Below, one piece after another: positions 1-11,557 of a stretch of DNA of 64,000 bases. Location: NCBI GenBank assembly GCA_963777605.1, contig CAVZRV010000008.1, forward strand, positions 1 to 64,000. Reading direction: 5' to 3'. This stretch comes from an uncultured Acidobacteriota bacterium (GTDB taxonomy: Bacteria > Acidobacteriota > UBA6911 > RPQK01 > JAPXNP01). The position numbers and the translations under genes are program-made. Positions within the stretch are counted from its first letter, which is position 1, and the number at the start of each line of letters is the position of its first letter. The notes under the pieces are model-generated. The model saw only the letters and a list, made by a program, of their open reading frames with translations, searched no databases and was not told the origin of the DNA.

Positions 1-82
1 CGCTTTTTTGCTCACTAACTCTACTTGGTTCCAGTTAGTTATTTTGTTTCTAGAGCGTTGTAGATCGGCCCGCCGTCCATCG

Positions 83-661
83 TCACCCGTGTGTCGTCCG
101 GGGAACTTCCAAGGATCGAGGGCGACGTCGAACTGACGGCTGAAGAACCCCGCCGACGGAGCAGCCGAAACCCCAACTGCAGCACGGACAGCTGAAGGAA
201 CTCTCTTCCCATTCAACGGCAGGTTCTCGATCTCGAAGCGAGACACGACGCCGTCGACGCCGTACTTCTCGTGAGGGGACCCGTCTCGGGAGGAGTGTCC
301 GTGGTCTCGACGATTTGCTCCAGGAACTGGACGGGAAGGGTGGATCTTGAGGGCTCTCTGTGTTCCCGACCTGCACGACAATATTCCGCGAGACCTTCTG
401 AAGCCCTCGGGCTTCGGCAGTCACGCTGTACCACCGGGCGGCAAAACGCTGATCCGATAGGTCCCCGTCTGGTCGGTAGTGGCGGAACGGACCATCCCGG
501 TCGCTGCATTCGTGGCCGTGCTTCGCCCGCTGAACAACCCCGCCCGACTCGTCTTCGACAACCCCGGTAATGTCGCCGGTCGGTGCCTGGGCAAAGATCG
601 AACTCAACCCGCAACCAAAAGCCACAACAAAGCAGGCAAACGCCGCTCGTCTAAATCCCAT
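83..661 (-). pseudogene. 5' part of a TonB-dependent receptor-like protein (carboxypeptidase regulatory-like N-domain), frameshifted or garbled
   Basis: Signal peptide followed by AQAPTGDITGVVEDESGGVV...YSVTAEARG, the N-terminus typical of acidobacterial TonB-type receptors. The frame breaks several times. Confidence 0.65.
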
Positions 662-1321
662 TCGAACCCTCCTGTAACTGGATTAGAGGAAACAACCGGA
701 ACGGAGAGGAGGGGTGAGCTGAATTGAGGGACACGAAAGCATGACGCTCGCCCAGGCTGAAAACCGACCGGCCGTCGCTCCGAAACATCGCTCCAAAAGG
801 GCTCACTGCAAACCTCCCCAAAGGGCAGAGAACCCCGTCCAAGCAATGCCTGAAACCACCAGGCAAACTACCGCCACAAAGGCCAAATAGCCCTGACGGC
901 ACATACCAACCGAAAATAACCAGGAAACCGAGGTTCTTCCCTTCTACTAGTCAAGAGCGTCCAAAGGTGGAAAACCTCAAAAGAAATCTTGGATTTTTCG
1001 TCTCCCGGCACCTAGATTAGGGAGCCTGCTAAGGGACGAGTGGGGATTGCATACGCCCAACCTCGGTCTTCTCTACTACGGCTCAGCCATTCCTTTACGT
1101 TGTTGTCTCGGCTGAGACGGTTTCCGAAAATTGCGAAGAATCCCTTAACACTCGCCGCGTGCACCGGCCCCCCAAGACGAGTGGTTTGGAGGTCCGGAAT
1201 CTGGCCCCCGGATCTGGCAGATGAAACAACGGGCCTGTCGACGCTCGGGATCGCGTCATTTGCTGCCCAACAATTCCGATCGACTCGTGGGTCTTCATGC
1301 TTTGAAGTTGGATCACGTGGT

Positions 1322-1366
1322 TGGCGGCGGCGAGCAGATTCGAACCGCTGAATAAAGGTTTTGCAG
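1322..1366 (-). tRNA. 3' half of tRNA-Cys(GCA), fragment only (att-like relic)
   Basis: Reverse complement is CTGCAAAACCTTTATTCAGCGGTTCGAATCTGCTCGCCGCCGCCA: anticodon loop CTGCAAA, T-arm with TTCGAAT, acceptor 3' strand and CCA. No D-arm or 5' acceptor strand upstream. Confidence 0.8.
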
Positions 1367-1657
1367 CTAGACGGAAACGCTCTCCCAATTCCTACAAAAC
1401 CCTAACCAAATCAACAGTTACGATCCAGTCAAGACAGATCCGCACCTACCATTAGCTGCCAAATCTTCACCTGTCGAGATAGGCCATGGAAGCTCGGAGG
1501 CGGACGAGGAAAGATGAGGCGATCCGTGGAACGAGAATCAGTTTCCAACTCCCTCAATGACCGCTTCCGCCCGGTTGATCCGCGGTTCGAACACTTCTTA
1601 GAGACGCATGGCCCCACGAGTGGAATTGTCTGAATGCTCTACAGGGAGATATGAACT

Positions 1658-1696
1658 GAGATGATCCCTATGACATCTCGACCACAGGATCATCTC
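1658..1696. repeat. Inverted repeat GAGATGATCC...GGATCATCTC downstream of the Mrr-like gene
   Basis: Perfect 10-bp arms at 1658-1667 and 1687-1696. Possible hairpin or protein-binding site. Confidence 0.5.
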
Positions 1697-1820
1697 TTGT
1701 TGCAAGACGTTTTGAGGAGGTAACAACGCTCCACGAAGTCGGCCGATGTTGACTTGATCATTCGGTTGAACAGACCCACAGCCTCCGAAAATGGCGATGG
1801 CCAGTCAGAAGAGAGTAGGA

Positions 1821-2768
1821 TCATCGATCTCTAGTCTGTTGCGATCCGAACTCATTCAACCACTCAACGATAGCGTCGAAATCCTTCCCGTCCAGGGCGG
1901 GCTCTGTCAGGATGAACCGACGAGTCTCCCGAGTGAAGTAGGAGGTCGTGACAAGGACGCCTTTCGATGCGCGAGTTTCGCGAGAGAGGATCGTTCCCAA
2001 CAAAGCGCGCGCGATCTCGGGCCCGACACCTCTGTCCGGGCGGTAACGCTTGCATTCGAAAGCGAAGATAATTGGTATTCCGTCAATCCACCGTCGCGAG
2101 AATGTTCGACCCTTATCCCCTGACCGAGGCGTAAGCACTAAATCTTGAAACCCCAACTCGTCTAAGAGTGTCGCGATCAGTCCCTCGAAGTCCCGCGCGT
2201 CCATGTTCTGCATGAGGCGTGGATTCCGGAGAACCTGGTTGAGTACGGTGAGCGGAGCAAAGTCAACCTGCCTCAAGTTCTCAAGTGTTGTCGCTGGAAC
2301 GATTTCGATCAGGCATTCATCAGCCTTCTGGATCGACTCCGCGGCGGATTCCTCGTCTTCCTCATCTTCCGATTCAAAAGCAACGTCAGCGAGAAATGGC
2401 GCATCGCTAATCGCTTCGTTTACTCGCTCGTTCGCCTGCGTCGGGAAATGTGCGTCGACGATCTCAGTGAGGACAATCGGATCGAGCAGCGGATTAAGCG
2501 CTGCCCTAAACAGTTCTCTGTAGCTTTGAATGCTCGCGGCCGGGAGGTCGAGAGCAGACGAAAATCTTCGCGTGTCTTCGAGAAGTCTAGACAGCTCCGT
2601 CACGGTGGGCCGAAATGTGAGATCAGAGGTGAGTTGCTGAAGTAGTCCTCGTGACGTCCAGCTCGCGGTCAGGCTTCTCAGCTGGTCGTGGGTTCTTAGA
2701 GACTCATCGATCTGATCTTTGATTCGGAGGTATTTTCTAAGGTGCCTGATCAGTTCTTCGTCCTTCAT
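1821..2768 (-). CDS. Mrr-family (Mrr_cat) restriction endonuclease with unknown helical N-terminal domain
   Basis: C-terminus MDARDFEGLIATLLDELGF..LTPRSGDKGR..FECKRY..VGPEIARALLG..ASKGVLVTTSYFT. The catalytic Asp (GRDILAT) appears in a shifted frame, which points to compensating indels. Confidence 0.85.
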   Translation of the reverse strand: MKDEELIRHLRKYLRIKDQIDESLRTHDQLRSLTASWTSRGLLQQLTSDLTFRPTVTELSRLLEDTRRFSSALDLPAASIQSYRELFRAALNPLLDPIVLTEIVDAHFPTQANERVNEAISDAPFLADVAFESEDEEDEESAAESIQKADECLIEIVPATTLENLRQVDFAPLTVLNQVLRNPRLMQNMDARDFEGLIATLLDELGFQDLVLTPRSGDKGRTFSRRWIDGIPIIFAFECKRYRPDRGVGPEIARALLGTILSRETRASKGVLVTTSYFTRETRRFILTEPALDGKDFDAIVEWLNEFGSQQTRDR

Positions 2769-3283
2769 CGGCACACCTGGATTCTCCTCGACCCGAAGAA
2801 GGTACCGTGGAAGCAACGCGTTCTCGGAGTCGTGCGCCCGCGATTAACAAGCATGAATATCCCCCGCAAATCTTACTGCTTCTTCGGCGCGCGCCTTGTC
2901 CAGTAGGCGTTCACATGACGCCAATTCCCTGTTACGTTAGCAGGATGACACGACAGCGACAAGATCCGGACATTGAGTCGGTCTGGTCTCTCAGAACACC
3001 GAACGCCGAGCTCTGCGGGAGGACTTCGCGAAGAGCTTTAAGAAGCTCGCTACAGGACTGTTTCGTCCGTTCCCGCCAGACTCTCCGGTCTTGACGAGTG
3101 GAATAGTCGATGGCGACCCTTGGCTATCCTTGTACCGCGAATTTGAGATTGCCGGAGATCTAGAGGCATTTCTTTCTCCAGTTGGACTCTCCGCATTCGT
3201 TAGCCGGTTGGCTCCCTTAAACGAGACAGGCGCTGATACGGCGGTGGGCGCAACAGTTCCGAGTTGTGAACTCTTCGATCAGG

Positions 3284-5313
3284 TCACTCCACCCCCAAGG
3301 CCTTAAACACCGCATCCTGGGATCTGCGTAGAAACTGGTCTGGAATTTCGCGAAGAGTTCTCCGGGATCGTTGGAATATCCCCCACACTGGCCATCGGCA
3401 GCAAGATACGTTTTGCTCCGGCGTCGAAGGCCACTTGAAGGGACTCGGCCAGGTTCTGGACCGGGACGATGTTGCCGCCCAGGCTCATGCTCCCCAGAAC
3501 CACCAACTGGGACTGAAGCGGTTTCCCAATACGCCGGAACAGAGGGCGACAAACGCGGTCAGGGTCATGGCCTTCGTGGGGCCGGTGTTGTGAAGTTCGA
3601 CGATGTGGAGGTGGTAGTTGTGGTCCCGGCCTTGACCGATGCACTGACGCGTGAGGCATTGGCCTTGAAATAGTCGAAGCCGACCTTCACCGCCTCTTTT
3701 GCGGCGCTAACGGACCCGAATCCTGAAATCTTCAGCGAACCGTTTCCCGAGGTGACCTGGGTTTCCAGCCGATAGAGCCCCAGATGACCGCTGCTGCCCG
3801 TGGCAACGGTGTGCAGCACTGCCGGGATTAAGAGGACCCTCGGGAATCAGCGAACCGCCGCCCTGTTCCGGTACGCTGATGAATTTCTCTTCCATGGTTT
3901 CCTGATCGATGTAGCTGAAGTGGACGTCATAAGAACTCCATGCCCCCGATCTTCTTGAGTTGCTCTTTGACTCGCCGGCGGGTTTCCAGGGCATATTCCA
4001 GACAGCGCTGCACGGCCTCTTTGTCGTAATCTTCATGGGGATAGAGGAGTTTCAGCAGACCCGAGACCGTGTGTTTCACCGCGATGGTGTCCCGCTGATT
4101 CAGGTCCCGGCCCAACTTGAAATAGCGGTTGATGGCATCGGCAAAACTTCGTATTCCGCATCTCCCGGAAGAATTCGGCCAGATAGTCCACGATCAGGCC
4201 ATATTGGTTGGTGAAGAACTCGGGCCGCATCTTGGGGATCTCCCAGCCGGGAATATAGGCATGGAAACGGTCGAAAAAGGCCGAGTCGATCATGGCTTCC
4301 GGGAAAGGGGGCCAGGAGATGGCTGGTCTTGACCAGGGTATCCACCGGCTGGTTGAGATTCCCGACAAAGACCATGGAGGCATAGGCGTTGATCGGGTCC
4401 CGTCCCCGGGCGAAGGAACCGGAGGCCATGTAGTCCTTCATGATCTGCACGCCGTCCTTGTCCTTAAAGGAGATCCCCGCCACCTCGTCAAAGGCCACCA
4501 CGTCCCAAAGCCCCACAAGTCCCACGTATGGCTAGCCATGTTATAGAACAGATTGGCTACCGTGGTTCTGCCCGCCGGAAATAAGAATGCTGTTGGGGCT
4601 GATCTCTTTATAGATGTGGCTCTTCCCGGTCCCTCGGGGACCCAGCTCGCAGACATTGTAGTTGTTCTCCACGAGGGGAATCATGCGGGCAGAGAGGTGC
4701 CATTTCACCCGATTCTCGAACTGGGTGGGTTCCAGGCCGGTAGAGCGGAGAAGCACATCCAGCCACTGTTCTTCGGTAAATGCCTTGCGGCCCTCAAAAA
4801 GCTCCTCCATGTCCATATCGGGCATCTGGATCGGCTTCAACTCTCGACATGAAAGGGCGATCCCTTCTGCCCCTCTTCAAAGAAATACTCCATGGAGATG
4901 ATGGACCAGATTCCCCCGGCCAACAGCTTCTCATACGGCGACGGTCTCCGTGCGGGATCTCCACCCCTTTGATCCCCAGGTTGGACAGGAAGGCCTCATA
5001 TACAGTCCCGCTTCTCATTGAGTTGACCGTGGCCTTGTCAATGATCTTAAGGCTCCCCCGTTCCCGGATGATCGATTTCACCTTTTCGGCTTCATCGGGC
5101 CGCACATAATTCTCGGCCAAAATCCGTTTTACAGTGGAGGCCATCCTGGATGATGGCTTCATCGTTCGAGGCGCAGTGGTCCCGAGCAGATACTCCAGCA
5201 CATAGACCGGAACATTCGCGCCTTCCTTCACCAGCTTGGTAAGGTCTTTTCGAACGACCCGGCCTGCGAAATGCTGATTGAGCAGCTCGTCCAGGCCCTC
5301 GTCCCCCGTTCAT
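3284..5313 (-). CDS. brxL: BREX Lon-like protease/ATPase BrxL (multiple frameshifts)
   Basis: Fragments read GRVVRKDLTKLVKEGANVPVYVLEYLLG, ELGPRGTGKSH (Walker A), VGLWDVVAFDEV, MKDYMASGSFARG and the C-terminus FYADP/DAVFKALGVE. Confidence 0.92.
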
Positions 5314-5329
5314 TTCGGTGTCTTTGATA

Positions 5330-7953
5330 TCAGAAGTCATCGGTAAATGCCCTGTCTATGATTACGTCCACACTTTCCTGTTCCACGCCGGTTTCAGCGT
5401 CCCTTAACACCAGCCGGTATTGGCCTTCTTGTCATACTCTCTATCCTGAAGCACAAGGGGGACCGTTTTTTTCGCTCCTCAATATTGTTGGAGGAACTCT
5501 CAAACGTACGGATTCGATATTGGTAACCGGATCATTCCCATCGTATACGGCCACTTTCAGGGTGATGGGTTTCACCCGATCGCTGACCGCCTCCATCTGG
5601 ATCATCTCAAATCGGTGCCGGGAGGTGGTGATCTTGTGGTGGGTTCCCAGCACATGGACGGCGACCGTTTGGTCTTCGTTGCTCGGCCGCCTTCCCCTTT
5701 ACGTGTCGAACCGTTACCACCGGCACGACAATTTCCTGGAGCATGGCCCCCCCATGAAAGAACAACTGGCCTCCCATGAAAATGAAATCGATTGACCCCT
5801 TGGGGAATCCAGAACTCCATGTCCCCGGAGGCGCCCGCAGTCGTCAGCGTGCTGCCCCGCCAGGCAATCTCGTGCTCGGGGAGGTTGTGTCCCAGCAGAT
5901 AGCGTCGCTTGGCCTTGACCGTTCCTGCCGGTTTCTCTGAAAGCGCGCTCTTCGCCGTTTCATCAGGATAGGTTTCGGAAAACAGGAACCCATGATCTGC
6001 CGTAACCAGAACGTAGTTCCCATTGAGCGAGTTCACGACATAGTTAACGACCGCTGAAAGCTCCTCAATCGACTGCCTGACCGCCTGGAACGTTCGAGCC
6101 TCATTGGATTCACCTACACTATCGATCGTGTTGTGGAAGATGTAGACGACCTTCTGATCAGCGGTAAACTTGCGGCCGTCCTCTTTCTTCAGCGCAATGA
6201 GTTCCCCGGCTCTGCAGGCCATGCCTTTCCGGGCAGCCAGGATCTGGTTACGCTGATCGAGACTTGCTGCGGGCTGGTTGTCCACAAGAATCTCCCCGTT
6301 TGCTTTGAAGCTCAGGCCTTCGTGAGGGAGCAAACAGGCCATTCCCAGCGAGGTATAAGACGGGAGCACTCCGAGCTGCGAAGTCAGCTCGGCCTCGAAA
6401 CGATATTTCCCGTTGAGGATTTGAGTCAGCTCTTCTGCCGCTTCGTAGCGCAGTGCGTCGCTGATAATGACAAAGACCCGCCGCCGTTCCGACTCGTCCA
6501 GCTGGGGTCGGACAAACCGCTCGTAAAACTCATCCTGCCGGCTCCGCCCTTCGATCCTCCAGTATTTCAGCAACCCTGTCCGACCTGCCGGGTCGACATG
6601 CGTGCCCCAAGCCAAGGATTCCTGAACCAGGAACCAGTTCACGTAAACCGCTTCAACCCTCTCTCGAAGTTCCTTCAGGAGGTCCCATCCAAAGGACTCG
6701 ACGACATCGGCCTCTTCACAGAAGTGCCGATAAATCTGATCGAATTGGAACAACTCCGCTTCGTAGGCTTCGTAGAACTCCGTGGATGAGCTGAATTCCA
6801 GCCCATCCCGGTGCTGGTTGCGGAGTGCAAAACAGGCCGGCTGCTGCCGTAGCGGCTTCGTAGGCGGAATGGTAAGTCTCCCTAGGTGCCACCTCAGTGG
6901 CGGGAATATTGAGCGAAGCCCAGTGTCCATCCTGCCGACGCATTACAAATCGGCAAATCTCTTCTTGATCAATGGTCTCTGCGGAATGAAGGATCCGGTC
7001 TCGCATGCCTTGCAGGACGAGTTGTTCCACGACCAGGAAGGTGGGGACCGGGATCAGCTCCTCGAACGGCAAGTGGCCGAGTGCATCTTGCAGGTGAAGA
7101 ATCCGGGAGACTTCTCCCGAGATGACGTCGTAACTCGAACCCTTACTCGAGCTGTCTCTCCACTGGGCCAGGCAAACCACCGCGTTGGAACGACCGGCGG
7201 GAGGCAAGAGCAGGTGATCGAGCGACTTGGGTAATCCCCCTTGGAGATAGTGCGCCAGGTCGGTCACCATCAGTCGAATCAAGAGGTTCTTGAGTGACGG
7301 CGATTCTTCGGAGTAGCTGAAGTGCCGTTCCATGAATGCCCAGAAGGGGCGGCCAGATCGAACTTCTCGATTTGATCCCAGCAATCGGGCGGATCTCCAA
7401 GCTCCAGGCCGTTATCGCGGTTACGGTCGGGAATGGAGTGAAACAAAGCACGCAGGACGTTCAGGAGTTCGGGCTGCTCCGCCCTGGCCAGGACGGCGAG
7501 CATTTTCAAATCAAGGTCTTCTGGAGAATCGTTCGGGTCAACAAGTGCTTTCAGCTTGGCAAACCGCTCCTTGTTATCGAAGAACTTGAGGCGAACGGCA
7601 ATATGCTGCCGGAGATACTGGTTCTCCAACCCGAGTTGCTCGAAAATGATCGAAGCACGATCAGCCCGAAAGCTCCGGCTGTAAAGCCGAATGTCCAGTA
7701 GCCAGTCCTGCTCGAAATCGGGTTCCTCTGTGGGCACATAAAGCAGAAACTTATCATCGGGACCACTGGTTTCGAGCCGGATTTTCGTTTCCAAACCGCC
7801 GGCTTCATCCAAGCGAATGAGTTCGACATCCCCGATCTCCAGCTCCGCAACCACATCCGTGAATTCTCTTTGTGGATCGTGCCAGAAGACGATCCGCTCT
7901 TCTTCCTCGATAAAGCGCCGGTTCAAGGCATCATTGAGCTGTTTCGTATCCAT
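5330..7953 (-). CDS. pglZ: BREX alkaline-phosphatase-family protein PglZ (multiple frameshifts)
   Basis: IVFWHDP, DWLLDIRLYS, VFVIISDALRYE, LPSYTSLGMA, VTADHGF and the C-terminus IIDRAFTDDF. The start overlaps the pglX stop (TGATG). Confidence 0.92.
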
Positions 7954-10900
7954 CAGTCTGGATTACTCCCGGTCACCGCTTTAACCTCAGCGAACAGGTC
8001 TCCAAATTTGCCGTAGTTGACCTTCACGCCGTCATCGAGGTCGAGCGTGATCCGCATGTCGGCGTAGTGGCGCAGCTTCTCGTCGAAGGTGAGGAGCTCC
8101 GCCTGTTGCTTTTCCAGTTGGGAGCGCCTCTTTCTCAAGCCGCCTTTGATGGGCGGTCGAGGTGGCCGTCTGGATATCGCCCTGGAGCTGTTCGAGGCGT
8201 GCTGCGATCTTTCCCTGCAGCGGGATGACGTACTCGCTGCGCATCCGCGAGAGCGTGCCCTCGTTGTAGCGGTGTAGGTAGACCAGGCACTGGAAGGCCT
8301 TCTGCTTGCCGCTCGAGAAGAGCCAGTAGATCGGGCGCTTCTTGTAGGTCTGCAGGTGGTCCTTGAAGAAGCTGTCGCAGAGGTAGCGGCGGATGGTCTC
8401 GCGGCTCGACTCGTTCTTCTTGGGCGAGAGGTTGTCAGCCAGGAAGGTGAGGTTGTCTTCGAGGTGCTCCGCATCCCAGGCCACCGAGATGAACTCGACG
8501 AGGCGATTGGCCGCATCATCTTCGAACCAGTCGATGTCGGTGATCGGGACGATGCCGTCGTCATCGGCCGGGAAGGTCGTGTAGCGGCTGGGATCGAAGC
8601 CTTCGTTGCCGCTGTGGGCGTAGATGAGGCCCGGCTCGTCCAGGCTGTAGCGGCCCATCATGCAGCCGATGGCGTAGGAGACCAGCTCCTGCATCGTGTC
8701 CTGGCGGAAGCGGGTCCACTGCTCCTCTTCGGTGAGCTTGCCGCCGTAGCGGTAGGCGGGGTTCACCGTGAGGGTGATCTGCTCGATGGGGACGTCGGGG
8801 GTGAGCTCGTCCGCCAGGCCGTAGGCGTCGATGAAGAGGCGGTTGTTCTCCTCTTCGAGGCGCTTCATCTCGGCGATGGTGTCGCGGTTCTGGGTGATCC
8901 AGGCGGTGTAGCTGGATTCGAGGGTGGGCGTGGGGTCGGAGGAGGCCGTCAGGAGGGGGAGGGATTGGAAGTCCCAGGAGCGTTCGTAGGCGTCCCAGTC
9001 GGCTGTGCACAAGTTGCAATACAGCACTCGCAATTGCGTCGTCTGACTTCGCTGATTCGTGCAGCTCTCAGGTACGGCAGCTTCGACGAATCCCCGATTG
9101 AAAGTGCAAGTGTAGGATTCGATAGCTGTGCAGAGAACTCGTTGGCACAACTGTAGAGTTCAGTAGCGCAAGCAGCGAATAGCCACATCGCTCTGATGCG
9201 GAACAGCACATGAGCCCTTGCATGTCGAAGAGAAACCCGTCGGGACTACCGCAGGCGAAAGTCGATCGAGCACGTGACAACGGACCAAGTCAATGCCTGG
9301 CTTGAAGATAGTACGTCCATTGGAGTTGCCGAGATCACTGACTCCGGCGCGAAGTCTCGCTTGAAGCGCATTCGACCATCGTTCTCCCAGTCAACCACGA
9401 ACTCGACGTTGCCATACCATTTTCTGAAGCCCCCTCCCTTTTGTGTAGGGAACCACTCTTCCGTGAGCCGTCGCGTCTCGCTCGAGCAGCTTGCAACCCG
9501 CGACGATCGCTCGATGGCAACCTCACGCCAGAATCGCAGGAATCGTTCGTTATCGCCGGTCGCCAGCCCTGCTCGGCGGTCGCAACGTCCGATCAGCTCG
9601 AGGCGTTCGAAGATACGCATCTGACAACTGGTCACTCACCCAGTAGGCCAATGGACTCCCAGGAATCTTCTGTGAAACTCGTCCTGGGTCAGCACTGCGA
9701 AGCCGATCGTCGGTCGAGCAAGATCGTCTATGCGCTCTTGTCGGCCTCATTCACCGTCCAGCGAGCCGAAGAAACGCGGCTTGTAGCCCCCGATATGGGC
9801 AATTCCTGATTACGAACGAAGTGCAGTCTGAACTACCTCGCCGCAGATACTCCCAAACGCTCGGACCAAGGTGAGCCAGTCGTTCTGATGGTCTGCTCTC
9901 GAAGCAGTCGTTCTCGCAATCTGTTTGTAAGACGACAGGAACATCCAACTCTGCATCGTGATCATGCCTCGTGAGCCGCATCTCTTCGCAAGCATGCAGC
10001 CACGCTCAATAAAGCACGCGAAGAGGTCGCTCTTGGAGTCGGGAAAGTGCTCCTTGGCGAACTTCTTCAGCTAGGGCGTTCATTCCGCTTGCTGCCCATA
10101 TACGGCGGATTCGCCACCACCGCGTCGTACTGCGCCGCCAGCAACTCGGCCTGCTGCACCAGCGGCCCCAAGCGCTTGAGCGCCTCCGACACAAAGAGGT
10201 CCTGGCTGGTCGCCTCGCTCAGCTGCTTCAGCGCCGGCAGCTTCTCCGCCAGTCCCTCCGGCACCTGAATCAACGACCCAAACGTCGTCGCGTGCTCGAA
10301 CAGCCGCTTCAGCTCCGTGAGGTCCCCCGGCTTCAGCCCGTAGTCCGAGAGCTCCACCCCCTTCGCCAGCCCCTCCGCATCGAACCCCGCGCTATCCACC
10401 AGCGCCATCACATTGAGCTTCACCCCCGCTCAAACAGCCGCCGGTCATCCGCCCGCCCCTTCATCATCAGCGCAAAGCCCGTCAGCTGCGCCGCACGCTC
10501 GTCGATGTCGAGGCCGAAGAGGTTCTTCTCGAGGATCAGCTGCGGGACATCCCGTTGCCGATAGCCGCGCTCCAGGTAGATGGCCTTGAAGAGCTCATAG
10601 GCCTCCACCAGGATGTGCCCGGAGCCACAGGCCGGGTCGATGAGGGTCAGCTCCTCGGGGTTGAGCTGGCTGGGCGTGATGGCCGCGAGCTGCGCCTTGA
10701 CCTCGTCGGTCTGCTCGGCGGGCTCGATGTAGTACTCCATCTGCCCTTTGAGCGGCGACTGGGGATAGGTCGCCAGCCACTGCGCCCCCAGCGAGTTCTG
10801 GACCATGTACTTCACGATCCAGTTGGGCGTGAAGAGCTGGGTCGCCGCCGGAATGTCCTCCGACTTCACCACCTTGCCGATGACCTGGTCCTTCTTCTCC

Positions 10901-11552
10901 GAGATGTAGAACTGGTAGAGCCAGCCGATGATCTCGATCTCCTGCCAGGCGCTCCTCGTCGATCTTCTCGACCAGCTGGCGGATCAGCGAGTCGGTGTGC
11001 AGCAGGTTGTCGGGCAGGAGCAGCTCGGTCTCGTCGCCGATCTTCTCGAAGAGGAACGGCATGGCCTGGTGCAGCGCGTTGCACTGGGCCAGGAGCAGCA
11101 GCCGGTAGAGCTCCTCATCCTTGGTGCCGTCGAGCTTCAGCTCGATCGACCTTCTCCCGATCAAGCCCCGGCAGGTCGACGTCAGCGGCATGTTCGAGGA
11201 TCTCGGGCGCGCCCTTGCCGTCGGGGTGGCTCAGGACCCGGTAGCCGTGATCGAGGTAGCCGTGCAGCTCCATGTAGCGGATCGCGACGAAGCGGTTGAA
11301 CCAGGTGTAGGCGATCGCCTCCATGACTTGCTCGAAGCCGTCGCGCCGAATCCGTTCCTCCAGTCGTTCTCCGCTTCTGGGCAACCTCTCTGGGGAAAGG
11401 CTTGCCGCCGATGAGTGGCCACATCGCCCTGCACAACAGCGGGCTCGATTGACTTCCTGTGTCAGGCCAAAATGAGCGGCCCGCTCGGTCACGGCGGCGA
11501 TGAAGTCTCGTCTGGCTTTCGGAGCGTAGTCTTTGAGTTGGGAGGTGTTCAT
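7953..11552 (-). CDS. pglX: BREX adenine methyltransferase PglX (frameshifted; central region garbled)
   Basis: MNTSQLKDYAPKARRDFI, AYTWFNRFVAIRYME, IPAATQLFTPNWIV, DPACGSGH (SAM binding), NPPY (motif IV), YKKRPIYWLFSSG and DLDDGVKVNYGKFG. Confidence 0.93.
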
Positions 11553-11557
11553 AGGTC

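Noticed and set aside
1-60. AT-rich regulatory element or terminator
   Set aside because: It is low-complexity sequence interrupting a garbled gene and is probably contig-end noise.
1322-1366. Functional or split tRNA-Cys gene
   Set aside because: No 5' half was found in the window and the discriminator is non-canonical, so it is treated as an att relic.
2930-3090. Integron attC-like sequence (CCGAACGCCGAGCTCTGCGG...)
   Set aside because: It resembles only a left half. No matching GTTRRRY end, cassette array or IntI was found.
9000-10070. Diversity-generating retroelement acting on pglX
   Set aside because: No reverse transcriptase and no template/variable repeat pair are seen. The damage is indel-rich rather than adenine-specific.
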